From assembly GCA_003554945.1 (NCBI GenBank), contig PWHN01000050.1, forward strand, positions 19,272 to 83,271: a DNA stretch of 64,000 nt, in the 5' to 3' direction. The DNA comes from a bacterium. GTDB lineage: Bacteria > T1Sed10-126. The notes under the pieces were generated by a model. The model searched no databases. It saw nothing but the letters and a program-made list of their open reading frames with translations, and was not told the origin of the DNA. Shown piece by piece: positions 1 to 9,375 of the stretch; position 1 is the stretch's first letter; each line of letters begins with the position of its first letter. The position numbers and the translations under genes are program-made.

Positions 1-530
1 TTGCGATACTCCTGCAGCCGTTTCTTAATAGCATCCTTGCGATCATCGTCTCGCTGAACAATGTCGGAACCACAGTTATCACATATTGATTCAACTTCTG
101 GCGGGTTAGCGTCCAGATGATAGGTGCTACCGCACTCCGGACAGACGCGCCTTCTGCCAAGACGCTGGTAAATAATTTGTTCGGGCACATTTAAATAAAT
201 AACCGCGTCAAGCTCTATATCCTCCTCTTCAAATAGCTCTTCAAGTGCTTCAGCCTGTGGAATTGTACGAGGAAATCCATCGAGGACAAAACCATTTTCG
301 CAGTCGGGCTTGCGAAGACGGGAACGGATAATTTCAACCATGACCTGGTCCGGGACCAGCTCACCAGAATTCATATATTTTTCAGCGCGGCGACCAAGCT
401 CGCTCTGTTCTTTGACGGCCTTTCGCAAAATTTTTCCAGTTTCAACCTGTGGTATTTCATATCGATCACACAATTCAGAGGCCTGTGTGCCCTTGCCTCC
501 ACCCGGTGGAGCCATTATAATTAATCGCAT
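1..530 (-). CDS. adk: adenylate kinase, 3' end runs off the window edge
   Basis: My minus-strand translation begins MRLIIMAPPGGGKGTQA (P-loop) and continues to ...DDRKDAIKKRLQEYR with no stop before position 1. The start overlaps the secY stop, as is usual for the spc operon. Confidence 0.85.
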   Translation of the reverse strand, partial: MRLIIMAPPGGGKGTQASELCDRYEIPQVETGKILRKAVKEQSELGRRAEKYMNSGELVPDQVMVEIIRSRLRKPDCENGFVLDGFPRTIPQAEALEELFEEEDIELDAVIYLNVPEQIIYQRLGRRRVCPECGSTYHLDANPPEVESICDNCGSDIVQRDDDRKDAIKKRLQEYR

Positions 531-1831
531 CAGCCAAATCCCCGTCCTTTCACGCGGCCGGACTCCATAAATCCTTCGTAATGACGCATTAGTAGTTGAC
601 TTTCAAGCTGGTGAACAAAATCAAGTCCTACACCAACCATAATCAGCAATGAAGTCCCACCAAAGAATAATTGAACACCAAACCACGGCTCTATAAATTC
701 CGGAATTAATGCAATAAAGACAACGACCAGAGCCCCAACGAGAGTGATTCTTGTCAGGATACGGTCAATGTATTCTGCTGTGCTGGGGCCGGGACGGCGG
801 CCGGGAACAAATCCTCCGCTTCGTTTTAAATTATCGGCAACATCATTTGGATTGAACGTTATAGCAGTGTAAAAGTAACAGAAAAAGACAATCAATCCGC
901 CGAAGATTAGAGCGTATAGAAAACTACCTCGCCCAAGCCAGATTGTGAGCGTACGCAGCCAGCCTGCCATCTGCTCACCGCCGGCAAAAAATTGAACAAG
1001 CAGAGCGGGAAACATCATCACGCTTGATGCGAATATTACAGCAATAACACCGCTGTAATCTACTTTCAGAGGTAACTCGGTCTGCTGACCACCGTAGACC
1101 TTACGCCCGCGCACCTGTTTTGAATATTTGACCGGTATTTTTCGGTCGGCGGTCTCCACCCAGACACAGATGACGAAAAGAGCCAGCAAGAGTGCAAAAA
1201 GAGTGGCAAAATTAAAGGGGTTGAATTGACCGGCTCTCCAGGCTCTGAACACTCCAAGAAGAAATTGTGGTAAGCTAGCAATTATACTTACGTAAATAAT
1301 TAAGCTGATTCCATTGCCTATTCCGTATTCACTTATCTGTTCGCCAAGCCACATTATGAAAACAGCTCCCGCGGTCAACGAAAGGACTGATACGAAACGA
1401 AACGTCCAGGTGGAGGGGGCAACAGCAGAATGCTCGGCGTGAAGTGTCATACCCAGGCCCTGAACAAGGCTGATAAAAACGGTCAGATACCTGGTATAAA
1501 CATTTATTTTGTCGCGGCCTTCTTTCCCTTGTTTTTTTAACTCTTCCAGGTGAGGAATAACAGCCGTCAAAAGCTGCATAATAATGGAGGCGCTAATATA
1601 GGGCATGATTCCAAGGGCAAGAATAGCAAATTGGGAAAAAGCACCACCGGAGAACATATCGGCCAACTGCATCCAGCCGCCAACCTCGCCCATTTCACGG
1701 ACAGCTTGCGGATCAACACCAGGAATAACGATTTGAACTCCAAGGCGGTAAACAGCAATTAAACCAAGGGTAAAAAGTATCTTATTCCTGAGGTCTTCAA
1801 TTTTGAATACGTTCAGGAAAGCTTCTAACAC
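530..1831 (-). CDS. secY: preprotein translocase SecY
   Basis: A 433-aa polytopic membrane ORF with SecY-like TM topology, located between rplO and adk. Confidence 0.95.
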   Translation of the reverse strand: MLEAFLNVFKIEDLRNKILFTLGLIAVYRLGVQIVIPGVDPQAVREMGEVGGWMQLADMFSGGAFSQFAILALGIMPYISASIIMQLLTAVIPHLEELKKQGKEGRDKINVYTRYLTVFISLVQGLGMTLHAEHSAVAPSTWTFRFVSVLSLTAGAVFIMWLGEQISEYGIGNGISLIIYVSIIASLPQFLLGVFRAWRAGQFNPFNFATLFALLLALFVICVWVETADRKIPVKYSKQVRGRKVYGGQQTELPLKVDYSGVIAVIFASSVMMFPALLVQFFAGGEQMAGWLRTLTIWLGRGSFLYALIFGGLIVFFCYFYTAITFNPNDVADNLKRSGGFVPGRRPGPSTAEYIDRILTRITLVGALVVVFIALIPEFIEPWFGVQLFFGGTSLLIMVGVGLDFVHQLESQLLMRHYEGFMESGRVKGRGFG

Positions 1832-1836
1832 GGAAA

Positions 1837-2292
1837 TTAACTCCCGGTATCAGTGGAGCTGATAATTTTCACTGTGCCGTCGCAGTCCTCCACTTTCTGA
1901 ACTGCTGACTCAGATGCGGCGTGAACTTCTATTGTGAGAGAAACTTCAAGGCTCCCGTCACCGAGCAGTTTAACATGCTCAGTTGAACTAATAAGCCCCG
2001 CCTCTTCAAGTCGTCGAGGGTCAATAGTCTCACCATCGTCAAATTTATTCAGAGAGCGAACATTAATGACTTCTGTTTGCGGGCCACGCTGAAGCGGCGT
2101 AAAACCACGCTTGGGAAGACGGCGATAAAGAGGAGTCTGTCCACCCTCGAAGTAAACAGGAACTTTAAAACGTTTCTTCTGTCCTTTTGTTCCACTACCA
2201 GTTTTTTCACCGCGTCGTGCACCAGCTCCGCGACCTTTACGTATTTTTTCTTTTTTACTGCCGGGGACCGGGGAAAGATCATGTAGTTTCAA
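1837..2292 (-). CDS. rplO: 50S ribosomal protein L15
   Basis: 151 aa with a Gly/Arg/Lys-rich N-terminus; operon position. Confidence 0.9.
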   Translation of the reverse strand: MKLHDLSPVPGSKKEKIRKGRGAGARRGEKTGSGTKGQKKRFKVPVYFEGGQTPLYRRLPKRGFTPLQRGPQTEVINVRSLNKFDDGETIDPRRLEEAGLISSTEHVKLLGDGSLEVSLTIEVHAASESAVQKVEDCDGTVKIISSTDTGS

Positions 2293-2962
2293 CTGACTTC
2301 ACCTCTTCTTGTTCTTCTTCATCCGCTACAGCCTCATCGTCTTCTGACGTCGCGTCTTCAGAGGGTTCAGCGGCATCCTGGTCCTCAGAGGGTTCAGCGG
2401 CATCCTGTTCCTCAGAGGTCTCAGACTCTTCTTCGGCTTCTTCCTCAAGTTTGTCAAGTCCACCAAACGGATTGTCGACCAGCAGCCGATCTACAGGGAT
2501 ACCGCGCAGGTTGGCAATTTTATGTGGATCGCGCATCTCTTTAAAGGCTTCAAATGTCGCCCGGGCAATGTTCAAAGGATTGTCCGATCCAAGAGATTTT
2601 GTCAAAATATCATTAATTCCAGCCAGTTCCACAACAGCCCTTACAGCCCCGCCGGCAATAACTCCAGTTCCAGGATGAGCCGGTTTAAGAAGCACGTGAG
2701 CGCTGTCATATTTACGTTCAATTTCGTGGGGTATCGTTGTCCCAAGCTGAGGGACATCAATCATGTTTTTCTTTGCAGCCGCCTTACCCTTGTGAATGGA
2801 CGGTGCCACTTCATCGGCCTGACCGATCCCTATACCTACACGACCGTCACCGTTACCGACAGCCACCATCGTGGAAAAAGTAAACGTGGAACCTCCAGAT
2901 ATTGCTTTAGAGACACGATTAATATAAACGACACGATCTTCAAGTTCGCCGTTTTTAGCCAC
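2279..2962 (-). CDS. rpsE: 30S ribosomal protein S5 with a ~65-aa acidic C-terminal repeat tail
   Basis: The S5 core is recognisable (VSKAISGGSTFTF...GTGVIAGGAVRAVVELAGI). It is followed by an E/D-rich tail containing SEEQDAAEPSEDQDAAEPSED. No L30 gene lies between S5 and L15. Confidence 0.9.
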   Translation of the reverse strand: MAKNGELEDRVVYINRVSKAISGGSTFTFSTMVAVGNGDGRVGIGIGQADEVAPSIHKGKAAAKKNMIDVPQLGTTIPHEIERKYDSAHVLLKPAHPGTGVIAGGAVRAVVELAGINDILTKSLGSDNPLNIARATFEAFKEMRDPHKIANLRGIPVDRLLVDNPFGGLDKLEEEAEEESETSEEQDAAEPSEDQDAAEPSEDATSEDDEAVADEEEQEEVKSVETT

Positions 2963-2995
2963 AAATATCTCCTACCTTAAAAAAATTTATTGAGT

Positions 2996-3361
2996 TCAAA
3001 ACTGGAGGCCGGCCTCACGGGCGCCTTCCGCCACGGCTGCGATGCGTCCGTGGTAGATAAATCCGCCGCGGTCAAACACTACGCTGTCAAAACCCAGGTC
3101 CTGGGCTTTTTTTGCGATTAGCCTACCAACCTCATGAGCCGCCTCGCAGTTACCCCGATCAAATTTATCTTTGATGTCGGGCGTCTGACTCGACACTCCT
3201 GTTAAAGTTCTTTGAGAAAAATCATCAATCAACTGAGCATATACGTGTTTTTGACTCTTTGTAACGCAGAGTCTTGGCTTGGAAGGTGTTCCGAAGACCT
3301 TCTTACGCACACGCCGGTGTTTCTTTTTGCGTCGTTGTTTAGAATTCATTTTAGCAGTCAA
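2996..3361 (-). CDS. rplR: 50S ribosomal protein L18
   Basis: 121 aa with a basic N-terminus; operon position. Confidence 0.9.
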   Translation of the reverse strand: MTAKMNSKQRRKKKHRRVRKKVFGTPSKPRLCVTKSQKHVYAQLIDDFSQRTLTGVSSQTPDIKDKFDRGNCEAAHEVGRLIAKKAQDLGFDSVVFDRGGFIYHGRIAAVAEGAREAGLQF

Positions 3362-3363
3362 TG

Positions 3364-3921
3364 TTATTCACCCAGAGCTTCCTCGCCACCAACGGTCTTA
3401 CCGACCTTCTGGCGAATATGTTCGTCTTCGTATTTTATACCTTTTTGGTTATATGGATCGGGGTCACGCAGATAGCGTAGTTGAGCGGCAAACTGGCCGA
3501 CTTTCTGCTTATCTATACCGGTAACCTTAATTGTCGTCCGGTTAGGTATTTCAACCTCGATATGATCGGGAATATCCACTTGAACAGGGTTTGAAAATCC
3601 AAGTTCCATGTGAATTAAGTCGCCGCGCAACTGTGCCCGGTAACCAAGCCCGTTAAGGACCAATGTTTTGGCAAACTTTTTCGTTACCCCGTCAATCATA
3701 TTGTTGATAAGCGACCACATTAAGCCATGGTAACTTTTTTGTTGTTTAGAGTCATCTCTCCGCTTAACCTGCACGGTGTCAGAATTAACATCCAGAGTAA
3801 TACCCGGAGAAATCTGCTGACTGAGTTCACCTTCCGGGCCAGAGACGATAACCTCGCCGTTATTAACCTTAACTTCAACGTCATCCGGCAGATCTATAGG
3901 ACGTTTTCCTAATCTTGACAT
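3364..3921 (-). CDS. rplF: 50S ribosomal protein L6
   Basis: 185 aa; order in the spc operon. Confidence 0.9.
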   Translation of the reverse strand: MSRLGKRPIDLPDDVEVKVNNGEVIVSGPEGELSQQISPGITLDVNSDTVQVKRRDDSKQQKSYHGLMWSLINNMIDGVTKKFAKTLVLNGLGYRAQLRGDLIHMELGFSNPVQVDIPDHIEVEIPNRTTIKVTGIDKQKVGQFAAQLRYLRDPDPYNQKGIKYEDEHIRQKVGKTVGGEEALGE

Positions 3922-3924
3922 CGG

Positions 3925-4323
3925 TCACCACACCTCACAGAGAAATTCGCCGCCAACGTTTTCAGCCCGGGCTTCGCGACCGGTCAAAACTCCCTTAGGA
4001 GTCGTAAGCAGAGCAATACCAAGACCGCTTTTGACCAACGGTATCTCCTCTACTCCGACGTAACGACGCCGGCCCGGTTTACTAACTCGTTTCAATCCCT
4101 GAATTACAGACTCGTCATTAGGTCCGTATTTCAGATGTAACCGCAGCGTGCCCTGACGCGGGTTACGTATATTTTTATAGTCAATTATAAACCCCTCGTC
4201 CAAGAGTTTTTTCGCAATACCACGCTTTAAACTTGACGAAGGAATGTCAACCACGTCCTGTTTACGAACAAGAGCATTATTTACACGGGTCAACATATCA
4301 GCAACTGGATCTGTAACATTCAC
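3925..4323 (-). CDS. rpsH: 30S ribosomal protein S8
   Basis: 132 aa; order in the spc operon. Confidence 0.9.
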   Translation of the reverse strand: MNVTDPVADMLTRVNNALVRKQDVVDIPSSSLKRGIAKKLLDEGFIIDYKNIRNPRQGTLRLHLKYGPNDESVIQGLKRVSKPGRRRYVGVEEIPLVKSGLGIALLTTPKGVLTGREARAENVGGEFLCEVW

Positions 4324-4392
4324 AACTTAATCCTCCTAATATTAATATTCTCCAGCCCCACCGATGTATCCGGAGCGGAGATAATTATATAA

Positions 4393-4587
4393 TTACCAGC
4401 TAGACTTACGAACGCCTGGAATCTGTCCTCTGTGAGCAAGCTTACGGAAACAGAGGCGGCAGAGCCCAAAGTCTCTCATGTAAGCACCGGTGCGACCACA
4501 TCGGTTGCAGCGGTTAAAATCACGCACTTTAAACTTACGCTCTTTTTTATGTTTTTCCAATTGAGCTTTTCGTGCCAATATAATCAC
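4393..4587 (-). CDS. rpsN: 30S ribosomal protein S14, type Z (zinc-binding)
   Basis: 61-64 aa with a CxxC...CxxC motif ([22 protein letters not shown]) and the C-terminal [10 protein letters not shown]. Confidence 0.85.
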   Translation of the reverse strand: MIILARKAQLEKHKKERKFKVRDFNRCNRCGRTGAYMRDFGLCRLCFRKLAHRGQIPGVRKSSW

Positions 4588-4593
4588 CTTTCT

Positions 4594-4726
4594 GTAACTA
4601 CTCCTCTATCCCCTCTCCCCTGGAGGGAAAGGGCCAGGGTGAGGGGGAAAAAGGTCTTGAAAACCGTTTTTCACCCCCCTTTGCGTTTCCCCCCTTCAAG
4701 GGGGGAAAGATAAGGTGAGTAGTTAC
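4594..4726. repeat. 133-nt palindromic repeat element inside the spc operon, in the rplE-rpsN spacer
   Basis: Flanked by perfect 10-bp terminal inverted repeats, GTAACTACTC and GAGTAGTTAC. It contains the R1 core TCCCCTCTCCCCTGGAGGGAAAGGGCCAGGGTGAGGGGGA (4609-4648) and the R2 hairpin CCCCCCTTCAAGGGGGG (4672-4715). Both cores recur elsewhere in the window. Confidence 0.6.
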
Positions 4727-4755
4727 ACCTTTCTTAAGTAGAGAACGTATAACTT

Positions 4756-5307
4756 TTACGCGAACGGAAACCCGTATTCCTCCAGAAGTGCTTTGGCCTC
4801 TTCAGTATCTTCCGTACTGGTCACTATGGTAATATCCATTCCAAAGACAGTCCCGATCTCCTCATAAGATATTTCAGGGAAGACCCCCTGCTCGTTGAGA
4901 CCAAACGAGTAGTTACCACGCCCATCAAAACTACCGGGGTTAAGACCACGAAAATCTTTGGTGCGGGGTAATACGAGGTGGACTATCTTGCGTAAAAAAT
5001 CGATCATTTTGCGTTCACGTAGAGTAACCTTATATCCCATCGGGTCACCCTGGCGAACTCCGAAATTAGCAACCGATTTACGGGCCCGCGTAATCTGGGG
5101 GCGCTGACCGGTTATAAGTGTCAGGGTTTCCTCGATTTCATCCATTTTATTGACATTTTCACTAGCATCACCAACGCCCACATTAACAACAATTTTTTCA
5201 AGGCGCGGGACTGCATTAATATTATCAAGCTCGAGACGATCGAGTAATTTTTTTCGGCGTTCAATTAGCAATTCCTTTTTTTCAACATTAACCTGTGAAG
5301 CTGTCAT
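4756..5307 (-). CDS. rplE: 50S ribosomal protein L5
   Basis: 183 aa; operon position. Confidence 0.9.
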   Translation of the reverse strand: MTASQVNVEKKELLIERRKKLLDRLELDNINAVPRLEKIVVNVGVGDASENVNKMDEIEETLTLITGQRPQITRARKSVANFGVRQGDPMGYKVTLRERKMIDFLRKIVHLVLPRTKDFRGLNPGSFDGRGNYSFGLNEQGVFPEISYEEIGTVFGMDITIVTSTEDTEEAKALLEEYGFPFA

Positions 5308-5336
5308 TTTAACTTCTCCTTTTTACAAATTAACTC

Positions 5337-5675
5337 TCAGTCAAGTCGGGTGCCACTTTTTTTGGTTACCCGAATCCATTTGCCAGCATCTTCATCATAC
5401 TCACGGCTAACACGGGTGCGTTCGCCAGTTTCCGGGTCAACAATCATAACATTTGAAATATGAACGGGAGCTTCTTTTTTAATACGACCGGAAGGGGCCC
5501 CCTGTCGTTGTTCACGCTGATGGCGAACAGCAATATTAATATCCTCAACTATAACTCTTTCTTCTTCCGGCAGAACCTTTATAACTTCGCCAATTTTCCC
5601 ACGGTCCTTACCGCTAATAATCATCACTTCATCTCCCGTGCGAATATGTTTAACTTTAGTAGCCACTTCAGACAA
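5337..5675 (-). CDS. rplX: 50S ribosomal protein L24
   Basis: 112 aa with a KOW-like motif ([16 protein letters not shown]). Confidence 0.9.
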   Translation of the reverse strand: MSEVATKVKHIRTGDEVMIISGKDRGKIGEVIKVLPEEERVIVEDINIAVRHQREQRQGAPSGRIKKEAPVHISNVMIVDPETGERTRVSREYDEDAGKWIRVTKKSGTRLD

Positions 5676-6036
5676 CCTCCGGTGCGAGAGAGATGATACG
5701 CATGAATTTTTTGTCGCGAAGTTCGCGAGCTATAGGCCCAAAAACCCGCGTGCCGATAGGCAGATCATTACCATCAATAATTACAGCGGCATTATCGTCA
5801 AAACTGACGTAAGTACCGTCGTGACGGGCTTTTTCTTTGTTAGTGCGAACAATCACAGCTCTAACAACCTCACCCTCATCGATCTCTGCCGCGGGAATAG
5901 ATTTTATAACACTTGCCGTAATAACATCTCCCACCGTCGCATATCTGCGGCGGGAACCGCCAAGCACTTTTATACATTTAATTACTCGTCCGCCGGAGTT
6001 ATCGGCGACTTTTAGTTTGCTTTCAGATTGTATCAT
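5668..6036 (-). CDS. rplN: 50S ribosomal protein L14
   Basis: [16 protein letters not shown] matches the L14 N-terminus. I trimmed the start to the internal Met. Confidence 0.9.
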   Translation of the reverse strand: MIQSESKLKVADNSGGRVIKCIKVLGGSRRRYATVGDVITASVIKSIPAAEIDEGEVVRAVIVRTNKEKARHDGTYVSFDDNAAVIIDGNDLPIGTRVFGPIARELRDKKFMRIISLAPEVV

Positions 6037-6358
6037 CAGGGTCACCTTCACCGGTTATAGACTCTTCCAACTCAGAGCCGGCAAAATCCGGACTGCGTTC
6101 AAGTATTTCCATCAAGCGCCAGCACTTGCCGGCGGCCAGGGGACGCGTCTCTTCGATCAAAACACGATCACCGTGTGTTGCCGACTCGTTTTCATCGTGA
6201 GCTTTAAGTTTCTTTCGACGTTCCATTCTTTTCTTATACAGTGGGTGCTGTCGCACATGAGATGTTTCAACAACTATAGTCTTATCCATTTTATCGGAAA
6301 CCACAACACCAACACGACGTTTACGTTGCGGTCTGTTTTCGTTTTCTGTATCAGACAT
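6023..6358 (-). CDS. rpsQ: 30S ribosomal protein S17 with an acidic C-terminal tail
   Basis: S17 core ([20 protein letters not shown]...[17 protein letters not shown]). The start is probably the internal Met, giving a short overlap with rpmC; a 25-aa acidic tail follows. Confidence 0.85.
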   Translation of the reverse strand: MSDTENENRPQRKRRVGVVVSDKMDKTIVVETSHVRQHPLYKKRMERRKKLKAHDENESATHGDRVLIEETRPLAAGKCWRLMEILERSPDFAGSELEESITGEGDPDDTI

Positions 6359-6554
6359 CTGCTCGTTCAGCCTCCCGCTCGTTCTGGACAGTTTTGATTC
6401 TGGCAATAGTTTTACGAATTTCCACTATGCGCATCGGATTTTCAGACGGTGCAAGAGCTGACTGGACTCGCAAATTGGCCTGTTCATGACGCAAATCGTC
6501 CAGTTTAGCTCGCAATTCTTCATCATTCATACGTCTTACTTCTTCAATATCCAC
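6351..6554 (-). CDS. rpmC: 50S ribosomal protein L29
   Basis: A 67-aa helical protein; operon position. Confidence 0.85.
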   Translation of the reverse strand: MDIEEVRRMNDEELRAKLDDLRHEQANLRVQSALAPSENPMRIVEIRKTIARIKTVQNEREAERADV

Positions 6555-6556
6555 TT

Positions 6557-6970
6557 TTATAACAGCTCCCTGCGAATGAACTTCGTTTTAATGGGAAGCT
6601 TGTGACCGGCGCGTCGGACAGCTTCTTCGGCTTCGGCCGGATCAATACCTGTTAATTCAAAAATAACACGGCCCGGCCTTACAGCGGCGGCATAATACTC
6701 AATTGCGCCCTTACCTTTTCCCATTCTGGTTTCCGCCGGAGTGGCCGTTACCGGTTTATCCGGAAAAATACGGACCCAGAATCTCCCTTCTTTCTGAAGG
6801 CTGCGGGCAATAACGATCCGAGCCGACTCAATCTGTCGAGCAGTTATCCAGCCGGGTTCAAGAACTTTTAACCCATATTCTCCAAAGGCCAGGGTACTGC
6901 CCCGCTTGTCAACTCCAGTCAATCTCCCACGCTGCTGTTTCATAAATTTTTGTTGTTTTGGCTGTAACAT
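6557..6970 (-). CDS. rplP: 50S ribosomal protein L16
   Basis: MLQPKQQKF...[12 protein letters not shown] matches the L16 signature. Confidence 0.92.
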   Translation of the reverse strand: MLQPKQQKFMKQQRGRLTGVDKRGSTLAFGEYGLKVLEPGWITARQIESARIVIARSLQKEGRFWVRIFPDKPVTATPAETRMGKGKGAIEYYAAAVRPGRVIFELTGIDPAEAEEAVRRAGHKLPIKTKFIRRELL

Positions 6971-7599
6971 TACAATTCTTCTCCTTTAAAGACCCAGGCT
7001 TTCACGCCAATAATTCCAAATTTAGTATCAGCTTCAGCAAAGGCGTAGTCAATCTTTGCACGAAGTGTATGTAGTGGAATTCGACCTTCGCGATACCACT
7101 CCCGCCGCGCAATATCGGCACCGTTCAAACGGCCCGAAACCTGAACTTTTATCCCCCGGGCACCTTTTCGCATAGCATTCTGAATGGCTTCTTTCATTGC
7201 CCGGCGGTGATGGACGCGGCTCTCAAGTTTTCGAGCAATTTCTTGAGCAACCAGATGTGCGTCTGTTTCAGGGTCTGCTACTTCCTCAATATTTATTTCT
7301 AAATCCTTGTCACCAATTTTTTTCAACAGATCCTTACGAAGCTGTTTAATGTTAGAGCCACCACGACCGATAATAATGCCGGTCCGGGCGGCCGAGAGAT
7401 CAATTCTAATCTTATCGGCAAACCGTTTAATAATAATGTCGCTTATCAGAGCGTGAGGATACTGGCGGCGAATTTCCTCGCGCAGTTCAATATCTTCAGC
7501 CAGCTTCTCTGCCCTCTCCGGTCCCTCAGCGAACCACTTGTCTTCCCAATCGGAGGTTACCCCCAACCGGAAACCTTTAGGATGAACCTGTTGACCCAC
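6970..7599 (-). CDS. rpsC: 30S ribosomal protein S3
   Basis: [14 protein letters not shown]-terminus with a KH-domain pattern. Confidence 0.92.
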   Translation of the reverse strand: MGQQVHPKGFRLGVTSDWEDKWFAEGPERAEKLAEDIELREEIRRQYPHALISDIIIKRFADKIRIDLSAARTGIIIGRGGSNIKQLRKDLLKKIGDKDLEINIEEVADPETDAHLVAQEIARKLESRVHHRRAMKEAIQNAMRKGARGIKVQVSGRLNGADIARREWYREGRIPLHTLRAKIDYAFAEADTKFGIIGVKAWVFKGEEL

Positions 7600-7602
7600 T
7601 GT

Positions 7603-7953
7603 TTAATCCGCCTCCGTTTCGTCGTTGGTGACAATCACCTTAATATGGCTTGAACGTTTTCTTACTTCTGTTGCTCGCCCCATTGCTCGTGGGCGCCAGC
7701 GTTTCAATGTTGGCCCCTCGTCGACCCGCAGCTCTTTTATCCGTATATCCGCGGTTTGTGCGACAGGGTCCTGATCCTTTAAATTTGATTCCGCGCTATG
7801 TATAGCTTTTTCCAGCGGTTCTGTTGCCCTCTTGTGAGTGTTATTCAATATGTTGTAGGCCTCAGAAACATATTTGCCACGCACAAGATCAGCGACGGGG
7901 CGGGCCTTTTTCGGTGATATTTTCACGTGTTTTGCAATAGCTTTTGCATCCAT
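7603..7953 (-). CDS. rplV: 50S ribosomal protein L22
   Basis: 116 aa; operon position. Confidence 0.9.
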   Translation of the reverse strand: MDAKAIAKHVKISPKKARPVADLVRGKYVSEAYNILNNTHKRATEPLEKAIHSAESNLKDQDPVAQTADIRIKELRVDEGPTLKRWRPRAMGRATEVRKRSSHIKVIVTNDETEAD

Positions 7954-7961
7954 TAGCTTAG

Positions 7962-8249
7962 TTATCCTCCAGGTTTCTTAATTACGCGTTTTTCTGTTGA
8001 AGTATGACTGCGAAAAGTTCGGGTGGGAGAAAATTCTCCCAGTTTGTGTCCCACCATGTTTTCAGTGATATAAACAGGTATATGTTTGCGACCGTTGTAT
8101 ACCTGTATGGTCAACCCCACCATGGAGGGAATAATCATAGAGCGACGCGACCAGGTTTTAATGACCTCGTCACCGTCACCGCTTTTAGCTTCTTCAACTT
8201 TTTCCAGCAGATGATCGTCAATAAATGGTCCTTTTTTGGAACTACGCAT
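7962..8249 (-). CDS. rpsS: 30S ribosomal protein S19
   Basis: 95 aa containing [13 protein letters not shown]. Confidence 0.92.
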   Translation of the reverse strand: MRSSKKGPFIDDHLLEKVEEAKSGDGDEVIKTWSRRSMIIPSMVGLTIQVYNGRKHIPVYITENMVGHKLGEFSPTRTFRSHTSTEKRVIKKPGG

Positions 8250-8260
8250 TGAGTTCCTCC

Positions 8261-9082
8261 TTACTCCTGTATTTTCTTAACAACAAATTTATCGGTTCGC
8301 TTATTATTCCGCGTTTTTTTACCCATGTTAATACGACCGTTAGGCGGCTGCGGGTGGCCACCTTTAATACGACCTTCACCACCGCCAAGTGGGTGGTCAA
8401 CGGGGTTGCGGGCCATCCCCCGGGTTATAGGTCTACGACCAAGATGACGGGTGCGGCCGGCTTTACCGGAGGTAATATTTATATGCTCCTGGTTTCCGAC
8501 CTCACCAATCGTCGCCCTGCAATTTAAATTTAGCCAGCGGCCCTGACCGGACGGCAGTTGGACAAGCGCATAGCCGCTGTCTTTACCGACAAGCTGAGCC
8601 GAGGTTCCGGCACCGCGACACAACTGGCCGCCTTTTCCAGCTTTAACTTCAATGTTATGAATGAAGGCACCAACTGGAATTTCAGAAAGCGGCAAAGTAT
8701 TACCAATTTTAATTGCAGCCGACTCTCCCGCCTCAATAAGGTCGCCCTCCTTCAATCCACGAGGCGCCACAATATATCGTTTTTCACCGTCGGGATAAAT
8801 CACCAGTGCTATATTGGCGGACCGATTCGGATCATATTCGATTCTTTCCACGCGACCGCTAATACCTTCTTTGTCACGCTTAAAATCTATCCGGCGATAC
8901 AACCGCTTATGGCCGCTTCCACGACCTCGGACAGTAATGCGCCCATAACAATTTCTGCCTGCATTTTCTGAAATGTATTCAGTCAGACTTTTCTCCGGTC
9001 TCTCTTTGGAGAGATGAGAACGGTCCTGCATAACGTAATGCCGCCGTCCCGGAGAAGTTGCTTTATTTTTTTTATTGCTCAT
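8261..9082 (-). CDS. rplB: 50S ribosomal protein L2
   Basis: 273 aa containing GRNxxGRITxRxRGGGHKR. Confidence 0.95.
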   Translation of the reverse strand: MSNKKNKATSPGRRHYVMQDRSHLSKERPEKSLTEYISENAGRNCYGRITVRGRGSGHKRLYRRIDFKRDKEGISGRVERIEYDPNRSANIALVIYPDGEKRYIVAPRGLKEGDLIEAGESAAIKIGNTLPLSEIPVGAFIHNIEVKAGKGGQLCRGAGTSAQLVGKDSGYALVQLPSGQGRWLNLNCRATIGEVGNQEHINITSGKAGRTRHLGRRPITRGMARNPVDHPLGGGEGRIKGGHPQPPNGRINMGKKTRNNKRTDKFVVKKIQE

Positions 9083-9375
9083 GCCAGTAGACCCTCCACT
9101 TCTTCAATTACGTCGCCCTCAGCAAGGCGCACAATAGCTTTCTTCCAGTCCGGCGTTACACCGGCGGCCCAGCGAACCCGTTTTTCTTTTCCGCGGACAT
9201 TCATGGTCCTGACGCTTTCCACGTCAACACCAAACATTTCTTCAATCGCCTGCCGGATTTCGATCTTATTCGCATCCCGGTGAACGGCAAAATGGTATTC
9301 GTTAGCATCCCGGCGGTTTTGAATTAACTTTTCTGTTACCAGAGGCTGCTGGATTATGTCTTCTTTTCTCATCAT
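9079..9375 (-). CDS. rplW: 50S ribosomal protein L23
   Basis: 98 aa; operon position. Confidence 0.9.
   Translation of the reverse strand: MMRKEDIIQQPLVTEKLIQNRRDANEYHFAVHRDANKIEIRQAIEEMFGVDVESVRTMNVRGKEKRVRWAAGVTPDWKKAIVRLAEGDVIEEVEGLLA

Noticed and set aside
310-570. 86-aa plus-strand ORF at the adk/secY junction
   Set aside because: It is antisense to the clear adenylate kinase reading frame and has no RBS.
2187-2678. 163-aa Ser-rich ORF antisense to the 3' end of rpsE
   Set aside because: It is the mirror image of the GAA/GAC-rich acidic repeat tail of S5; the Ser-run is a compositional artefact.
4594-4726. Possibility that the palindromic repeats are a CRISPR array
   Set aside because: Only single, non-identical copies occur at widely separated loci, with no regular repeat-spacer periodicity and no cas genes.
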